Shown: positions 50,587 through 60,371 of the stretch, one piece after another
How the letters are laid out: each line of letters starts with the position of its first letter
Position numbering within the stretch: the stretch's first letter is position 1
Assembly (NCBI GenBank): GCA_963744145.1
Contig: CAVUSO010000001.1
Span: 224,001-288,000, forward strand
Reading direction: 5' to 3'
DNA from: an uncultured cyanobacterium
Lineage (GTDB): Bacteria; Cyanobacteriota; Cyanobacteriia; Cyanobacteriales; CAWUOF01
Length of the DNA stretch: 64,000 nt
Translations under genes and position numbers: made by a program
Notes under the pieces: model-generated
Told to the model about the DNA's origin: nothing
What the model saw: only the letters and a program-made list of their open reading frames with translations
Databases searched by the model: none

Positions 50587-51073
50587 AAATTGGTTCGGCG
50601 ATCGTCCGGATTTCCCCCCTACTCAATCAATAATTACAGATTCATAATAGAAAGAGAGCAAGATCAGTTCAATTAATTGGGCCTAAGTGACAAAAGGGAA
50701 AATTATACAGAGTTCTTAGCGAGAATTTTAAACAAATCTACCAAATTGCCGCTCAGAAAATGAACCTTTTGCCCTTTACAGTGGTCTAAATTTTGTAATA
50801 CAATAAAGAAAAGCAAACTCATAACGATTTTGAGTTTTAAGATCTTGTAACCAGACCCCAGTCATTGAAAGTGGGGAGTATCAGGATGAAGGTGAGAAAT
50901 AAAACAATAAGCAAAGAAGCTTCTAGCCATTGCCATTTGCTTAGGTGAGAAAAGTTAGACCCCTATTTTAATCAAGTTCAGTCATTCCGTCAGAATTCAG
51001 ACGGATGATTTCCCATCGGGAATATCGCATGAACGTGATTTTGTGATCAGATTAAGGAGTTCACGGTTACATC

Positions 51074-52078
51074 ATGCCCACTACCAAAACACCCAACAAG
51101 AGTCCCAAAAACACTGAGCTGAACCGAAAATCCTATAGCTCAAGTGATACAGTTCGCACCTATCTGCATGAGATTGGGCGTGTACCGTTATTAACCCACG
51201 AACAAGAAATTGTCTATGGTAAGCAGGTACAGCAAATGATGAAGTTGCTAGAAAGTAAAGAAGCACTCTTCAAAACGCTGTTACGCGAACCCACCCTGAC
51301 TGAATGGGCGATCGAGGTTCAACACACCGAAGCAGAGTTGAACCGACTGATGCGTCAGGGACAGCAAGCGAAGAAAAAAATGATCGAAGCGAATCTGCGG
51401 TTAGTGGTAGCGATCGCCAAAAAATACCAGAAGCGCTACATGGAATTTTTGGATTTAATCCAAGAAGGCACCTTGGGCCTAGAGCGGGGTGTGGAGAAAT
51501 TTGATCCAATGCGGGGCTACAAATTCTCGACATACGCTTATTGGTGGATTCGTCAAGCGATTACCCGGGCGATCGCCCAGCACGCTCGGACGATTCGGTT
51601 ACCGATTCATATTACGGAAAAACTGAATAAAATTAAACGAGCGCAACGGGAACTCACCCAGACATTAGGACGCAGTCCTACTCCTGCGGAAATTGCCAAA
51701 ACACTAGATTTAGAACCAGCGCAAATTCGGGAATTTCTCCTCTTAGCGCGACACCCAATGTCCCTTGATTTACGGATTGGGGATAATCAAGATACGGAAT
51801 TGAAGGATTTGCTCGAAGATGAAAGCGAATCCCCTGAGCAATTTATTATTCAGGAAATGCTCCGTCAAGACTTAGATAGTTTATTAGCCGAATTGACCCC
51901 CCAACAACGGGAAGTGATTATTCTCCGATTTGGGCTCAAAGATGGGAATGAATTATCTCTAGCTAAAGTAGGAGAACGGATGAGTTTGAGTCGTGAGCGT
52001 GTCCGTCAACTCGAACATCAAGCACTAGTTCAATTACGTCATCGTTGGGCAAAAGTTCGGGAATATCTAGCTAGTTAG
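51074..52078 (+). CDS. Group 2 RNA polymerase sigma factor (SigB-like)
   Basis: DTVRTYLHEIGRVPLL, ANLRLVV, GYKFSTYAYWWIRQAITRA, SRERVRQLE; AAGGAG RBS. Confidence 0.92.
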   Translation: MPTTKTPNKSPKNTELNRKSYSSSDTVRTYLHEIGRVPLLTHEQEIVYGKQVQQMMKLLESKEALFKTLLREPTLTEWAIEVQHTEAELNRLMRQGQQAKKKMIEANLRLVVAIAKKYQKRYMEFLDLIQEGTLGLERGVEKFDPMRGYKFSTYAYWWIRQAITRAIAQHARTIRLPIHITEKLNKIKRAQRELTQTLGRSPTPAEIAKTLDLEPAQIREFLLLARHPMSLDLRIGDNQDTELKDLLEDESESPEQFIIQEMLRQDLDSLLAELTPQQREVIILRFGLKDGNELSLAKVGERMSLSRERVRQLEHQALVQLRHRWAKVREYLAS

Positions 52079-52180
52079 GGAAAAACCTAACCCCCCAACC
52101 CCCTTCCCTACAAGGGAATGGGGAGAAAGATCATTCTTGCTCCCCTTTCCTCTTAGGAGAGGGGTTGGGGGAGAGGTCAA
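52079..52180 (+). repeat. ~100-bp palindromic dispersed repeat
   Basis: CCTAACCCCCCAACCCC...GGGGTTGGGGGAGAGGTCAA; inverted copy at 55562-55711. Confidence 0.8.
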
Positions 52181-52303
52181 GATCCGCGATTCGCCAGTTC
52201 CAGATTATATTCTAACTACTCAATCCATCAGAGAATCTTTAGAAATGCTGGTTTTCCTCAGTAAAGTCTGAAATACCTATTCTACCGTTGCTGATTTTTA
52301 GAG

Positions 52304-53755
52304 TTACAAATCTTTGCGCCAGAAAAGAGACTCCCAACGTCGTCCTAAAGATACGACTTTAACCATCCACACCCCCTCACTAAACCCAAATGCTGGGAGA
52401 TGACCTTTTGGAGCAGTTAGGTTAAATGTTAGGGCAATATATAATAACCAGTTTTTTCCCTTTCTCCATCCCACTTGATCACCAAATTTATCTCTTATTT
52501 GATCATCTGCATTAAGATGACCTCCCACATCCTTACTTTGCCAGAGGTTTTTTTGCACACTAAAACCAAAATGACCAAGCGAGTATTTCACCCATAACTG
52601 ATCTATAGTGTGAAGGTCTTTACTCGGAAACTTTAACCAATCATTACTATCGAGATATCCCTCTCTTTCACGATGAGCAGCTTTAAGTAAAAGACGGTAA
52701 GTTTTCTCATCAGCTTCTTTCCACTTTCCCGCAGCTAAGAGGTCTTGGAGAGGAGTGTAATCTATATTCTTTTGACTTTCGAGAGTAATTTGAAATTGGG
52801 TCGCTGTTGATGATTGATGAATTTGGGTTTTAAGTATTGATGGGTTAAATATTGATGGTTGAGGTCTTAATTTAACATTAAGTTCTTGCCATATTTCCTG
52901 AGCAGATTTATAGCGATCGCTCAAAGGAAGCGAGATCATTTTATCTAAGATCATCCCTAAATCATCACTAATATTAACATATTGTCGCCATACCCATTTC
53001 ATCTCATTAAAATCAAACAAATTATCTATATAATTACAATTTTGTTTGTGTAATAAACAACCTGTCAAAAGCCTAATACAAGTTACCCCTAAACTATATA
53101 TATCACTAGCTGGAAAAGCTTGACCCTGCATTTGTTCTGGAGCTGCATAACTCAGAGTACCAGTTACAGTACCCATACTCATCATTACCGCATCGCTTAA
53201 TTGCTTAGATACTCCAAAATCAATTAACATCAAACAATTATTTATATCTCTAATAATATTATCTGGTTTAATATCTCTATGGATAATATTATTTTTATGG
53301 ATAAAGTCTAAAACTGGGAGAAGTTGACTTAATAAATCTATGATCTGTTCTTCATCAAATTTTCCTTTTTGTTGTAATTCTTTCAATAAATCTTTTCCGT
53401 CGATAAATTCTTGGATTAAATATAAGTGTTTATCTTGTTGAAAGAATGCTAATAAGTCAGGTATTTGGGGATGTTTACCTAAATCTTTTAACCTAATTGC
53501 TTCTTTTTTAAATAATTCTGTTGCTTTTAGTAATTCTTCACTTTCTTGCAACTGAGGTAGAAATTGTTTGATCACACAAAATGTATCTAGTCGTTGCTCA
53601 TCTATGGCTTTGAAGGTTCTCCCAAAACCACCCTTTCCCAGAAATTGCAATGCTCGATAGCGATCGCCCAGCAATAACCTATTCCCACAGAACTGACAAA
53701 GCTTGATCTCAGGTGGGTTGATGTTCTCACATTCAGGGTTTAGACATAGACTCAT
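52304..53755 (-). CDS. Ser/Thr kinase with C-terminal GUN4 domain
   Basis: CLNPEC Zn-like start, GKGGFG, HRDIKPDN, DFG; DYTPLQDLLAAGKWKEAD, IDQLW, GHFGFSVQ, GHLP. Confidence 0.92.
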   Translation of the reverse strand: MSLCLNPECENINPPEIKLCQFCGNRLLLGDRYRALQFLGKGGFGRTFKAIDEQRLDTFCVIKQFLPQLQESEELLKATELFKKEAIRLKDLGKHPQIPDLLAFFQQDKHLYLIQEFIDGKDLLKELQQKGKFDEEQIIDLLSQLLPVLDFIHKNNIIHRDIKPDNIIRDINNCLMLIDFGVSKQLSDAVMMSMGTVTGTLSYAAPEQMQGQAFPASDIYSLGVTCIRLLTGCLLHKQNCNYIDNLFDFNEMKWVWRQYVNISDDLGMILDKMISLPLSDRYKSAQEIWQELNVKLRPQPSIFNPSILKTQIHQSSTATQFQITLESQKNIDYTPLQDLLAAGKWKEADEKTYRLLLKAAHREREGYLDSNDWLKFPSKDLHTIDQLWVKYSLGHFGFSVQKNLWQSKDVGGHLNADDQIRDKFGDQVGWRKGKNWLLYIALTFNLTAPKGHLPAFGFSEGVWMVKVVSLGRRWESLFWRKDL

Positions 53756-53793
53756 AAAACTTCATCAAGCTCTTGACAAATAATCTGAACTTA

Positions 53794-55398
53794 TTATATC
53801 TTGCAGGTTACAAGTCTTTGCGCCAGAGAAGAGACCCCCAACACAAAAAACCACCACCAAACCCAACCACACCCCAACACCGGAAGATGGCCCATAGGAG
53901 CATCGGTGTTAAAAGTTAGGTCATCATAGCTCTTCCAAGTGCCTCCTTTTCTCCATCCTAACTTTTCCACAAATTTTATTTCGATCTCTAGTCTAGCTTT
54001 GGAATCTCCACCCACATCCTTACTCTCCCAGATCTGTTTTTGAACGCTAAACCCAAAATGACCATCAGAATATTTTACCCATAACTGATCTATAGTGAGA
54101 AGGTCTTTACAGGGAAACTTTAACCAATTATCACCATCAAGATATTTCTCTTTTTCACGATTAGCAGCTTTAAGTACAAGTCGATAAGTTTCCACATCAG
54201 CCTCTTTCCATTTACCAGCAGCTAATAAGTCTCGGAGCGGAGCATAATCTATATTTCTTTCACTTTCAAGAATAATTTGATCTACAGATTTATTGAATGG
54301 ATCAGAACTATTGAATAGCCAGTTAAACAAATTATTTTGTTTTTCGTTTATTGTTGGTTCTAAAGGATCTGGTAATAATTGGAAATTCGATTTTTGTGAT
54401 AAATTTGTCTCTAAATTACTAGCCAAATTAATGGTTTTCTGCGCTGCTGTTGGTGGATAATATATACCTCTTAATGGCGAAACTGGTTTGGGATGTTTTA
54501 GAATTGATTGCCCTACTTCTGATCTTTGAAGTGCTTGCAATACTTCGGCAGCAGATTGATAGCGATCGCCCATAGAAATCGATAACATCTTATCTAAGAT
54601 CAACCCTAATTCATCACTTATATTTGCTTGCGATCGCCAGATCCATTTCTGATTTATGGGATCAAATAAATTATTGACAAAAGTATGGTTTTTAATTGCT
54701 GGAAAACAACCTGTTAATAGTCGAATACAAGTAACACCTAAACTGTATATATCACTAGCAGGGTAAGCATAACCTTGAAGTTGCTCCACAGCCATATAAC
54801 CTGGAGTACCCGCTAAAGTTCCTGCTTCGACCTTTAAAGTATCACTTAATAGCTTAGATACACCGAAATCTATTAGTATTAATGAACCACTATTATGTCT
54901 AACAATATTATCTGGCTTTATATCTCGGTGAATAACATTATTTTGATGAATAAATATTAAAACAGGAAGAAGTTGATTTAATAGATCTATAATTTTTTCT
55001 TGACTAAACTTTCCTTGTTCTTGTAATTCCTCTTTTAAATCTTGTCCTTCGATAAATTCTTGGACTAAATATAAATGTTGATCTTGGGGCAGAAATGCCA
55101 ATAAGTCTGGGATTTGCGGATGTTTCCCTAAATCGCATAATCTCATAGCTTCTTTTTCAAAAAATTCAGCATTGTTATTTTCTTGTTGCTCAATAGAAAA
55201 CTGTTTAATAACACATGGAGTTTTAAGTCTATTTTCGTCTATAGCTTTAAATACTCTACCAAAAGCACCAGCACCAATTAACTTTACTGCGCGATAACGA
55301 TCATTTAGTAAAAGGTTGCTTTTACACTTAGAGCAAGATTTTTGATTAAGTGGGTTAAAATATCCGCAACATGAGTTTAAACATAAACATTGTTCCAT
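53794..55398 (-). CDS. Ser/Thr kinase with C-terminal GUN4 domain (paralog)
   Basis: Same architecture; GAGAFG, HRDIKPDN, DFG, GUN4 motifs. Confidence 0.92.
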   Translation of the reverse strand: MEQCLCLNSCCGYFNPLNQKSCSKCKSNLLLNDRYRAVKLIGAGAFGRVFKAIDENRLKTPCVIKQFSIEQQENNNAEFFEKEAMRLCDLGKHPQIPDLLAFLPQDQHLYLVQEFIEGQDLKEELQEQGKFSQEKIIDLLNQLLPVLIFIHQNNVIHRDIKPDNIVRHNSGSLILIDFGVSKLLSDTLKVEAGTLAGTPGYMAVEQLQGYAYPASDIYSLGVTCIRLLTGCFPAIKNHTFVNNLFDPINQKWIWRSQANISDELGLILDKMLSISMGDRYQSAAEVLQALQRSEVGQSILKHPKPVSPLRGIYYPPTAAQKTINLASNLETNLSQKSNFQLLPDPLEPTINEKQNNLFNWLFNSSDPFNKSVDQIILESERNIDYAPLRDLLAAGKWKEADVETYRLVLKAANREKEKYLDGDNWLKFPCKDLLTIDQLWVKYSDGHFGFSVQKQIWESKDVGGDSKARLEIEIKFVEKLGWRKGGTWKSYDDLTFNTDAPMGHLPVLGCGWVWWWFFVLGVSSLAQRLVTCKI

Positions 55399-55561
55399 AT
55401 CTATCTAATCTCTATAATACTTACTCAATCCCTTTAATGGGCATGGTGGTTATTTGACAAAACTCACATACTCATTCTAGTTTATAGTTCGGGTATATGT
55501 CTAGTACATAGAATTCAGATTTTTGGTGATTACGCTAACTAAGGAGAGCGGTTTGCAAAGA

Positions 55562-55711
55562 TTGACCTCTCCCCCAACCCCTCGACCCAGAGGAAAGGGG
55601 AGCAAGAATGATCTTTCTCCCTATCCGTAGTAGGGAAGGGGGTTGGGGGGTTAGGCGTCGCCGTGAGCGCTTGCCCTGAGCGTAGTCGAAGGGTAGTCGA
55701 ACGGTTTTTCC
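55562..55711 (-). repeat. Inverted copy of the 52079-52180 repeat, carrying two nested SDR-like inserts
   Basis: Reverse complement of 52079-52180, with 55656-55704 inserted between GGTTAGG and TTTTTCC. Confidence 0.8.
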
Positions 55712-55806
55712 TGCGATTAAGCCAACTCTCTAACACCCGATTCCGATAAAATATCCTTATGATAAAAAACTGTCTCAACTAGTTTGGCAATTAAAAAGGT
55801 TAATTT

Positions 55807-56715
55807 ATGTTTATCCCTCAAGGTTTTGTACAACACTCGATCGTTACATCTCTGGGGACAATGGTGTATTATACGGCTGAGGCTGAACCCTGGATTGTTA
55901 AGTCTCAAGTCGATCGGGAAAAATTACCTCCCCTGGTTTTTCTACATGGTTTTGGAGGAGGATCATCGGCTTATGAATGGTCAAAAGTCTATCCCGCCTT
56001 TGCCAGTCAATATCGAATTTTAGCACCTGATTTAATTGGTTGGGGTCGTTCTGAACATCCGGAAAGAAATTACCAAGCTCAAGACTATATCAATACCATC
56101 ATTGAGTTTATTGAGAAAACCTGTAGTGAACCAGTCCCAGTTATTGCTTCGTCCCTTACTGGTGCATTAACGATTCGAGCTGCGATCGCTAAACCAAGTT
56201 TATTTCAATCTCTGATCTTAACTACACCCTCTGGGTTATCAGACTTTGGTCAAAATTCTCAAGATAATTTCTTTGTTCACCTAGTCCGAACTCCCATTAT
56301 CGATCGCTTTCTCTATGCTACCGCAGTTGCTAGCGAAGGGGGAATCAGCAGCTTTTTACAAGAACGACAATTTGCTAGTCCCGATCGCGTCTACCCAGAA
56401 ATCGTGGAAGCTTATTTAGACTCAGCAGGACAACCCAATGCAGAATATGCAGCACTTTCCTTTGTCCGAGGAGATCTATCTTTTGACCTATCTCTTTATA
56501 TTACTCAACTAACTACTCCCACTGCGATCATCTGGGGAGAGAAATCCCAATTTACTAGACCGGAAATTGGTCAAAGATTAGCTAATCTGAATCCCCAAGC
56601 AATTCGCTTTTTTCAGAAGCTAGAAGATGTTGGGCTTACACCTCAATTAGAACTACCTGCGGTGACGATCGGTTTAATTAGACAATATTTAACAGTTTTC
56701 CAAACAGATTTGTAA
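55807..56715 (+). CDS. Alpha/beta-fold hydrolase-like protein
   Basis: VFLHGFGGGSSAYEW, APDLIGWGRS; nucleophile elbow is non-canonical (ASSLTG). Confidence 0.82.
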   Translation: MFIPQGFVQHSIVTSLGTMVYYTAEAEPWIVKSQVDREKLPPLVFLHGFGGGSSAYEWSKVYPAFASQYRILAPDLIGWGRSEHPERNYQAQDYINTIIEFIEKTCSEPVPVIASSLTGALTIRAAIAKPSLFQSLILTTPSGLSDFGQNSQDNFFVHLVRTPIIDRFLYATAVASEGGISSFLQERQFASPDRVYPEIVEAYLDSAGQPNAEYAALSFVRGDLSFDLSLYITQLTTPTAIIWGEKSQFTRPEIGQRLANLNPQAIRFFQKLEDVGLTPQLELPAVTIGLIRQYLTVFQTDL

Positions 56716-56719
56716 GTTT

Positions 56720-56754
56720 ATGCAGGTATGAGGGTTAATGCTCTATACCTGCAT
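56720..56754. terminator. Hairpin between convergent genes
   Basis: ATGCAGGTAT/ATACCTGCAT inverted repeat. Confidence 0.55.
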
Positions 56755-56770
56755 TACTTTAATCCATCAC

Positions 56771-57295
56771 CTAATATCTGATATCAATCACACTGGCATT
56801 AAAGTCGTAGTTTACCCCCTCTAGCTCAACTGTGGTGCCAATTTTAACTTTGGTATTACCAAGTACCGGTCCATCAGAGGTAATTTTCGCTTTACCAGTC
56901 AAGGTCATCAGCATACTGGTGTTAAAAGATTCTTCTACTCTGGGATCAGGTACGGCTTTAATCGTACCATTGGGTTGGGGCACAGCTAAAAATCGGTTAA
57001 TCGTTTTATAGGATTTAATATCGATCTCCCCATAGGGGTTATTGCGGATAATTACTTTGGTTTTCTTAGTTCTTTCAAATTCATTGAGAACACTGTTTGG
57101 ATCACGTACACTTAAGCCCCGCACAATTAAGTCTACTTCAATTGGTTTCATGCTATTCCCAAGTTGGGCAACGGAACCATTAGCACCAGGAAAGATAAAA
57201 ATACCTACCAATACTAACAGAATTACCAGCCCAGCGCCCAAATCCAAAATGCTAACCTTACCTAATATGCGACCTTCTGTATCCAAAATTTTCAT
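56771..57295 (-). CDS. DUF4330-like membrane-anchored protein
   Basis: MKILD..GRILGKVSILDLGA plus a TM segment. Confidence 0.75.
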   Translation of the reverse strand: MKILDTEGRILGKVSILDLGAGLVILLVLVGIFIFPGANGSVAQLGNSMKPIEVDLIVRGLSVRDPNSVLNEFERTKKTKVIIRNNPYGEIDIKSYKTINRFLAVPQPNGTIKAVPDPRVEESFNTSMLMTLTGKAKITSDGPVLGNTKVKIGTTVELEGVNYDFNASVIDIRY

Positions 57296-57480
57296 GTGAG
57301 ATTGTCCCAGCGAACCAATTAAACGCTAATAGTTGTTTAAATCAAGACTACCATTTCCCCATCCTCATTTTGCCACTGTCATATTAGTAGTCAATTGGTG
57401 GTAGGGAAACATAAAATAGCATTATTAGTCAACAGGTATATCACAGATTTTGTCAATTTTCTGATTCTTGCTATTGTACC

Positions 57481-58332
57481 ATGTTTAACCCATTATCTTT
57501 AATTTCCGGGCGTTTCCTAAGTCGCCACTGGCATATTCTATTGTCTTTTCTAGTTACTTTGGGCGTAGTGGTTGGTTTCCCGGTCGTCGCTGGGGCTTTT
57601 TCTTGGGCAGATTTAATTCTGCAGGGAGTTCAGGTCATCCAGGTATCCAATATCTCTGATCGTCAAGAAGTAGCTTTAGGTAAGCAAATTAACGATCAGT
57701 TGGTTAGTAGTGGTCAGATTAAACTCTACGACAATTCGGATATTAATCAATATGTTCAGCAAATTGGTCAGCGGTTAGTCCCTGTTAGCGATCGCCCCAA
57801 GATTCCTTATACTTTTCAGGTAGTTGATGATAATAGCGTCAATGCTTTTGCGACGATGGGGGGATTTGTTTACGTTCACCGTGGATTATTGAAAGAAGCA
57901 GATAACGAAGCTCAAGTAGCTAGTGTATTAGCCCATGAAATGGGTCATATTGCTGCTCGTCATTCCGTCAAAAAAATGCGTCAAGCTTTAATCGCTCAGG
58001 GAGCAGCCGCAGCCGCAGGGGTTGATAATAATACTGCGGTTAAGGTTGGTTTAGACCTAGCTATCCAACGCCCAACCAGCCGAGGTTATGAATTTGAAGC
58101 TGATCAAAGAGGATTAAAAACGATCGGACGTTCGGGTTACGCTGAATCAGGGATGGTTGACTTTATGAAAAAATTGCTCAAACAACCTTCTCCTCCGACC
58201 TTTTTAAGCGATCACCCAGCTACAGCCGATCGGGTGATTGCTCTCCAAAATAACCTCGATCCAGCAAAAGCTAATGGAGATGGGTTAGATAATAGTTCCT
58301 ATCAAAACCTAATCAGCTCAAAATTGAATTAA
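57481..58332 (+). CDS. M48 family metallopeptidase
   Basis: VNAFATMGG, AHEMGH, EFEAD, FLSDHP. Confidence 0.9.
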   Translation: MFNPLSLISGRFLSRHWHILLSFLVTLGVVVGFPVVAGAFSWADLILQGVQVIQVSNISDRQEVALGKQINDQLVSSGQIKLYDNSDINQYVQQIGQRLVPVSDRPKIPYTFQVVDDNSVNAFATMGGFVYVHRGLLKEADNEAQVASVLAHEMGHIAARHSVKKMRQALIAQGAAAAAGVDNNTAVKVGLDLAIQRPTSRGYEFEADQRGLKTIGRSGYAESGMVDFMKKLLKQPSPPTFLSDHPATADRVIALQNNLDPAKANGDGLDNSSYQNLISSKLN

Positions 58333-58337
58333 ATCGA

Positions 58338-59102
58338 TTACACATGAGCAGACCGACAACGTTTAGAGGATAATAATTCTGGTTTAATCTGGGTTTCGAT
58401 TTGGGCTAGAGAGAGAACTCGCAGACGATGACTTAGGATATTAAATTGATAAACTTGCTGGTGAGTTAGCTCGATCGCGGTTAACCATCCACTGAACGGA
58501 TGATAAGCACCTGTGTCAATTCCTAACCAACCTTGTCCACGAGCTAGTTGTCCTTTATCAACACCTGGTAAAGTTAAGGTAATTGTATGTCCAATGATAA
58601 TTAATTTATCGGGGAAATAAGGTTCGGTCATAAAATGAAACCGATCGCGAATCCAGCAAAACTGTTCCCGAGTTTGTTTTTTTAGGGGTAATGCTGGATC
58701 AACTCCAGCATGGACTAACCAAAAGTCGCCCAAATCTAAATATAAGGGTAAGGTTTCCATCCACTCAATATGTTCTAACAGCTGATCTGTCTTCCCGTGA
58801 TAACTAGCAAGAGTGCTGTCTCCACCACATAACAGCCATTCTTGCATTAGTGATTCATTGCACTGTCGATTGGGAAAAGATTCCAATAGCATCTGTTCAT
58901 GGTTTCCGAGCAAACAGGAATAGGAATTTTGTCGCACCAAGTCAATTACTTTAGCACTATGGGGACCGCGATCGATTAAATCACCCAGAAAATATACTTG
59001 ATCGGCTGTCCCAGGTGCGATCGCATTGAGGAGTACCATCAATCCCTCATAATGTCCGTGGACATCACCAATGACAATTTGTCTGTGGGTATTTTTTTTC
59101 AT
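58338..59102 (-). CDS. PPP-family Ser/Thr phosphatase (metallophosphoesterase)
   Basis: GDVHG, GDLIDRG, GNHE, HAG, GHT, IDTG. Confidence 0.92.
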   Translation of the reverse strand: MKKNTHRQIVIGDVHGHYEGLMVLLNAIAPGTADQVYFLGDLIDRGPHSAKVIDLVRQNSYSCLLGNHEQMLLESFPNRQCNESLMQEWLLCGGDSTLASYHGKTDQLLEHIEWMETLPLYLDLGDFWLVHAGVDPALPLKKQTREQFCWIRDRFHFMTEPYFPDKLIIIGHTITLTLPGVDKGQLARGQGWLGIDTGAYHPFSGWLTAIELTHQQVYQFNILSHRLRVLSLAQIETQIKPELLSSKRCRSAHV

Positions 59103-59329
59103 AGGAAATCTTCCTTTCTAAGCAGAGTGCATCCTGATTGATTAAAATATTAGCAAAATTTAACTCTTTGTTGTTCTTGTTTATAGTTTTTTTATATATC
59201 AGGAGATTTTCATTAAAGAACCTTTAAAATTAGGAAACTATCACATAGTTGAATAACTAGGTGTAAGCACTCAAATCAGCAACTAATCAGCAATAAAGCT
59301 GATTAATTGCAATCACCGCAACAACATAA

Positions 59330-60067
59330 CTATCGACTGAGAGCTTGGAAAAAACGTCGGACTTCTCCAAAAAATCCCTGACGCTTAATTTGAGGTGATG
59401 AAGATGAATTACTACCGTTGGTTGCTTTGATGAGAATTTGCTCTAAAGCATCACCCAGGGGTTTTTCTGATTCTTCTGCGATCAGTTCATAGCTATTTTC
59501 AGTTTCTAACCACACCAACCAAGCACTAGGAAAACAACGAAAGAGAATTGCATCGGCTAGGGGTCGGATATAATAACAAGAATAAAGACTGTTTAAAAAA
59601 CGTTCTCGCAGTTGACGTCCAGCATAGCCAATCCCGACGATCGCTGCGTCTTCTAAACAGGGATTAAGGAGTACCACCGGGCGATCGCCAGCTAGGTTGC
59701 AGAGTTTTTCGACTTGTTGAATTTCCACTGAACTAGGAGAGACAATCAAATACACCTGGTCTTCGGGTGAAATTTTATGTTCGATGGGAGAGCGACTAGT
59801 ACCCAGATCGCTGATCCCAAATTCTACTTGTCCCCAATCCCGTCGAGCTAGTGCAGCAGCACCAGCATCACAGAATAAGACTTTTAAATGAGAACCAAAT
59901 TGCTCAAAATCTGGAATAAACTGTTCGGTAATGGATTGGGCTTGAAGTTGGATTTCGGGAAAAACTAATTCAACTTGTAACCGAGTATAACCTGCCGCGA
60001 TCGCTTGTTGGGTCGCTGTCCGAGCTTGAGTGATCGCTTCTGCTAAGGAATTGGGAAGTTCAGCCAT
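59330..60067 (-). CDS. DUF1995-like protein
   Basis: LQVELVFPE, DAGAAALARRDW, VGIGYAGRQLRERF. Confidence 0.8.
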   Translation of the reverse strand: MAELPNSLAEAITQARTATQQAIAAGYTRLQVELVFPEIQLQAQSITEQFIPDFEQFGSHLKVLFCDAGAAALARRDWGQVEFGISDLGTSRSPIEHKISPEDQVYLIVSPSSVEIQQVEKLCNLAGDRPVVLLNPCLEDAAIVGIGYAGRQLRERFLNSLYSCYYIRPLADAILFRCFPSAWLVWLETENSYELIAEESEKPLGDALEQILIKATNGSNSSSSPQIKRQGFFGEVRRFFQALSR

Positions 60068-60371
60068 TAATTTTAGTTAATATAGGTTGGATTGGGCAAT
60101 TTCACAATTATCGCAGGTTTGAGGAGATTGAATATCAACTGGTGGATAAATTGCGATCGCATTCCCAGCACTGACTAATTAAATTCAAAAGTTGAGATTA
60201 AGTTATCAAAAATGGGTTTTTTCTGCTTGACTTGTTGATGATCCTTGATCATGATCACCTATAAATTGCCGAATCCTCAATAAATTGCCTGATGTGTAGT
60301 TTTATTAAAAATCACAGCATTTTGATTACCAATAGTAGTTTTAGTAATATTAGAAACTTGACTAAGGGAAA

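Noticed and set aside
50791-50810. NtcA site upstream of the sigma factor gene
   Set aside because: GTA-N8 is followed by AAG, not TAC
55539-55778. 79-aa ORF
   Set aside because: Translation of the palindromic repeat and nested SDRs
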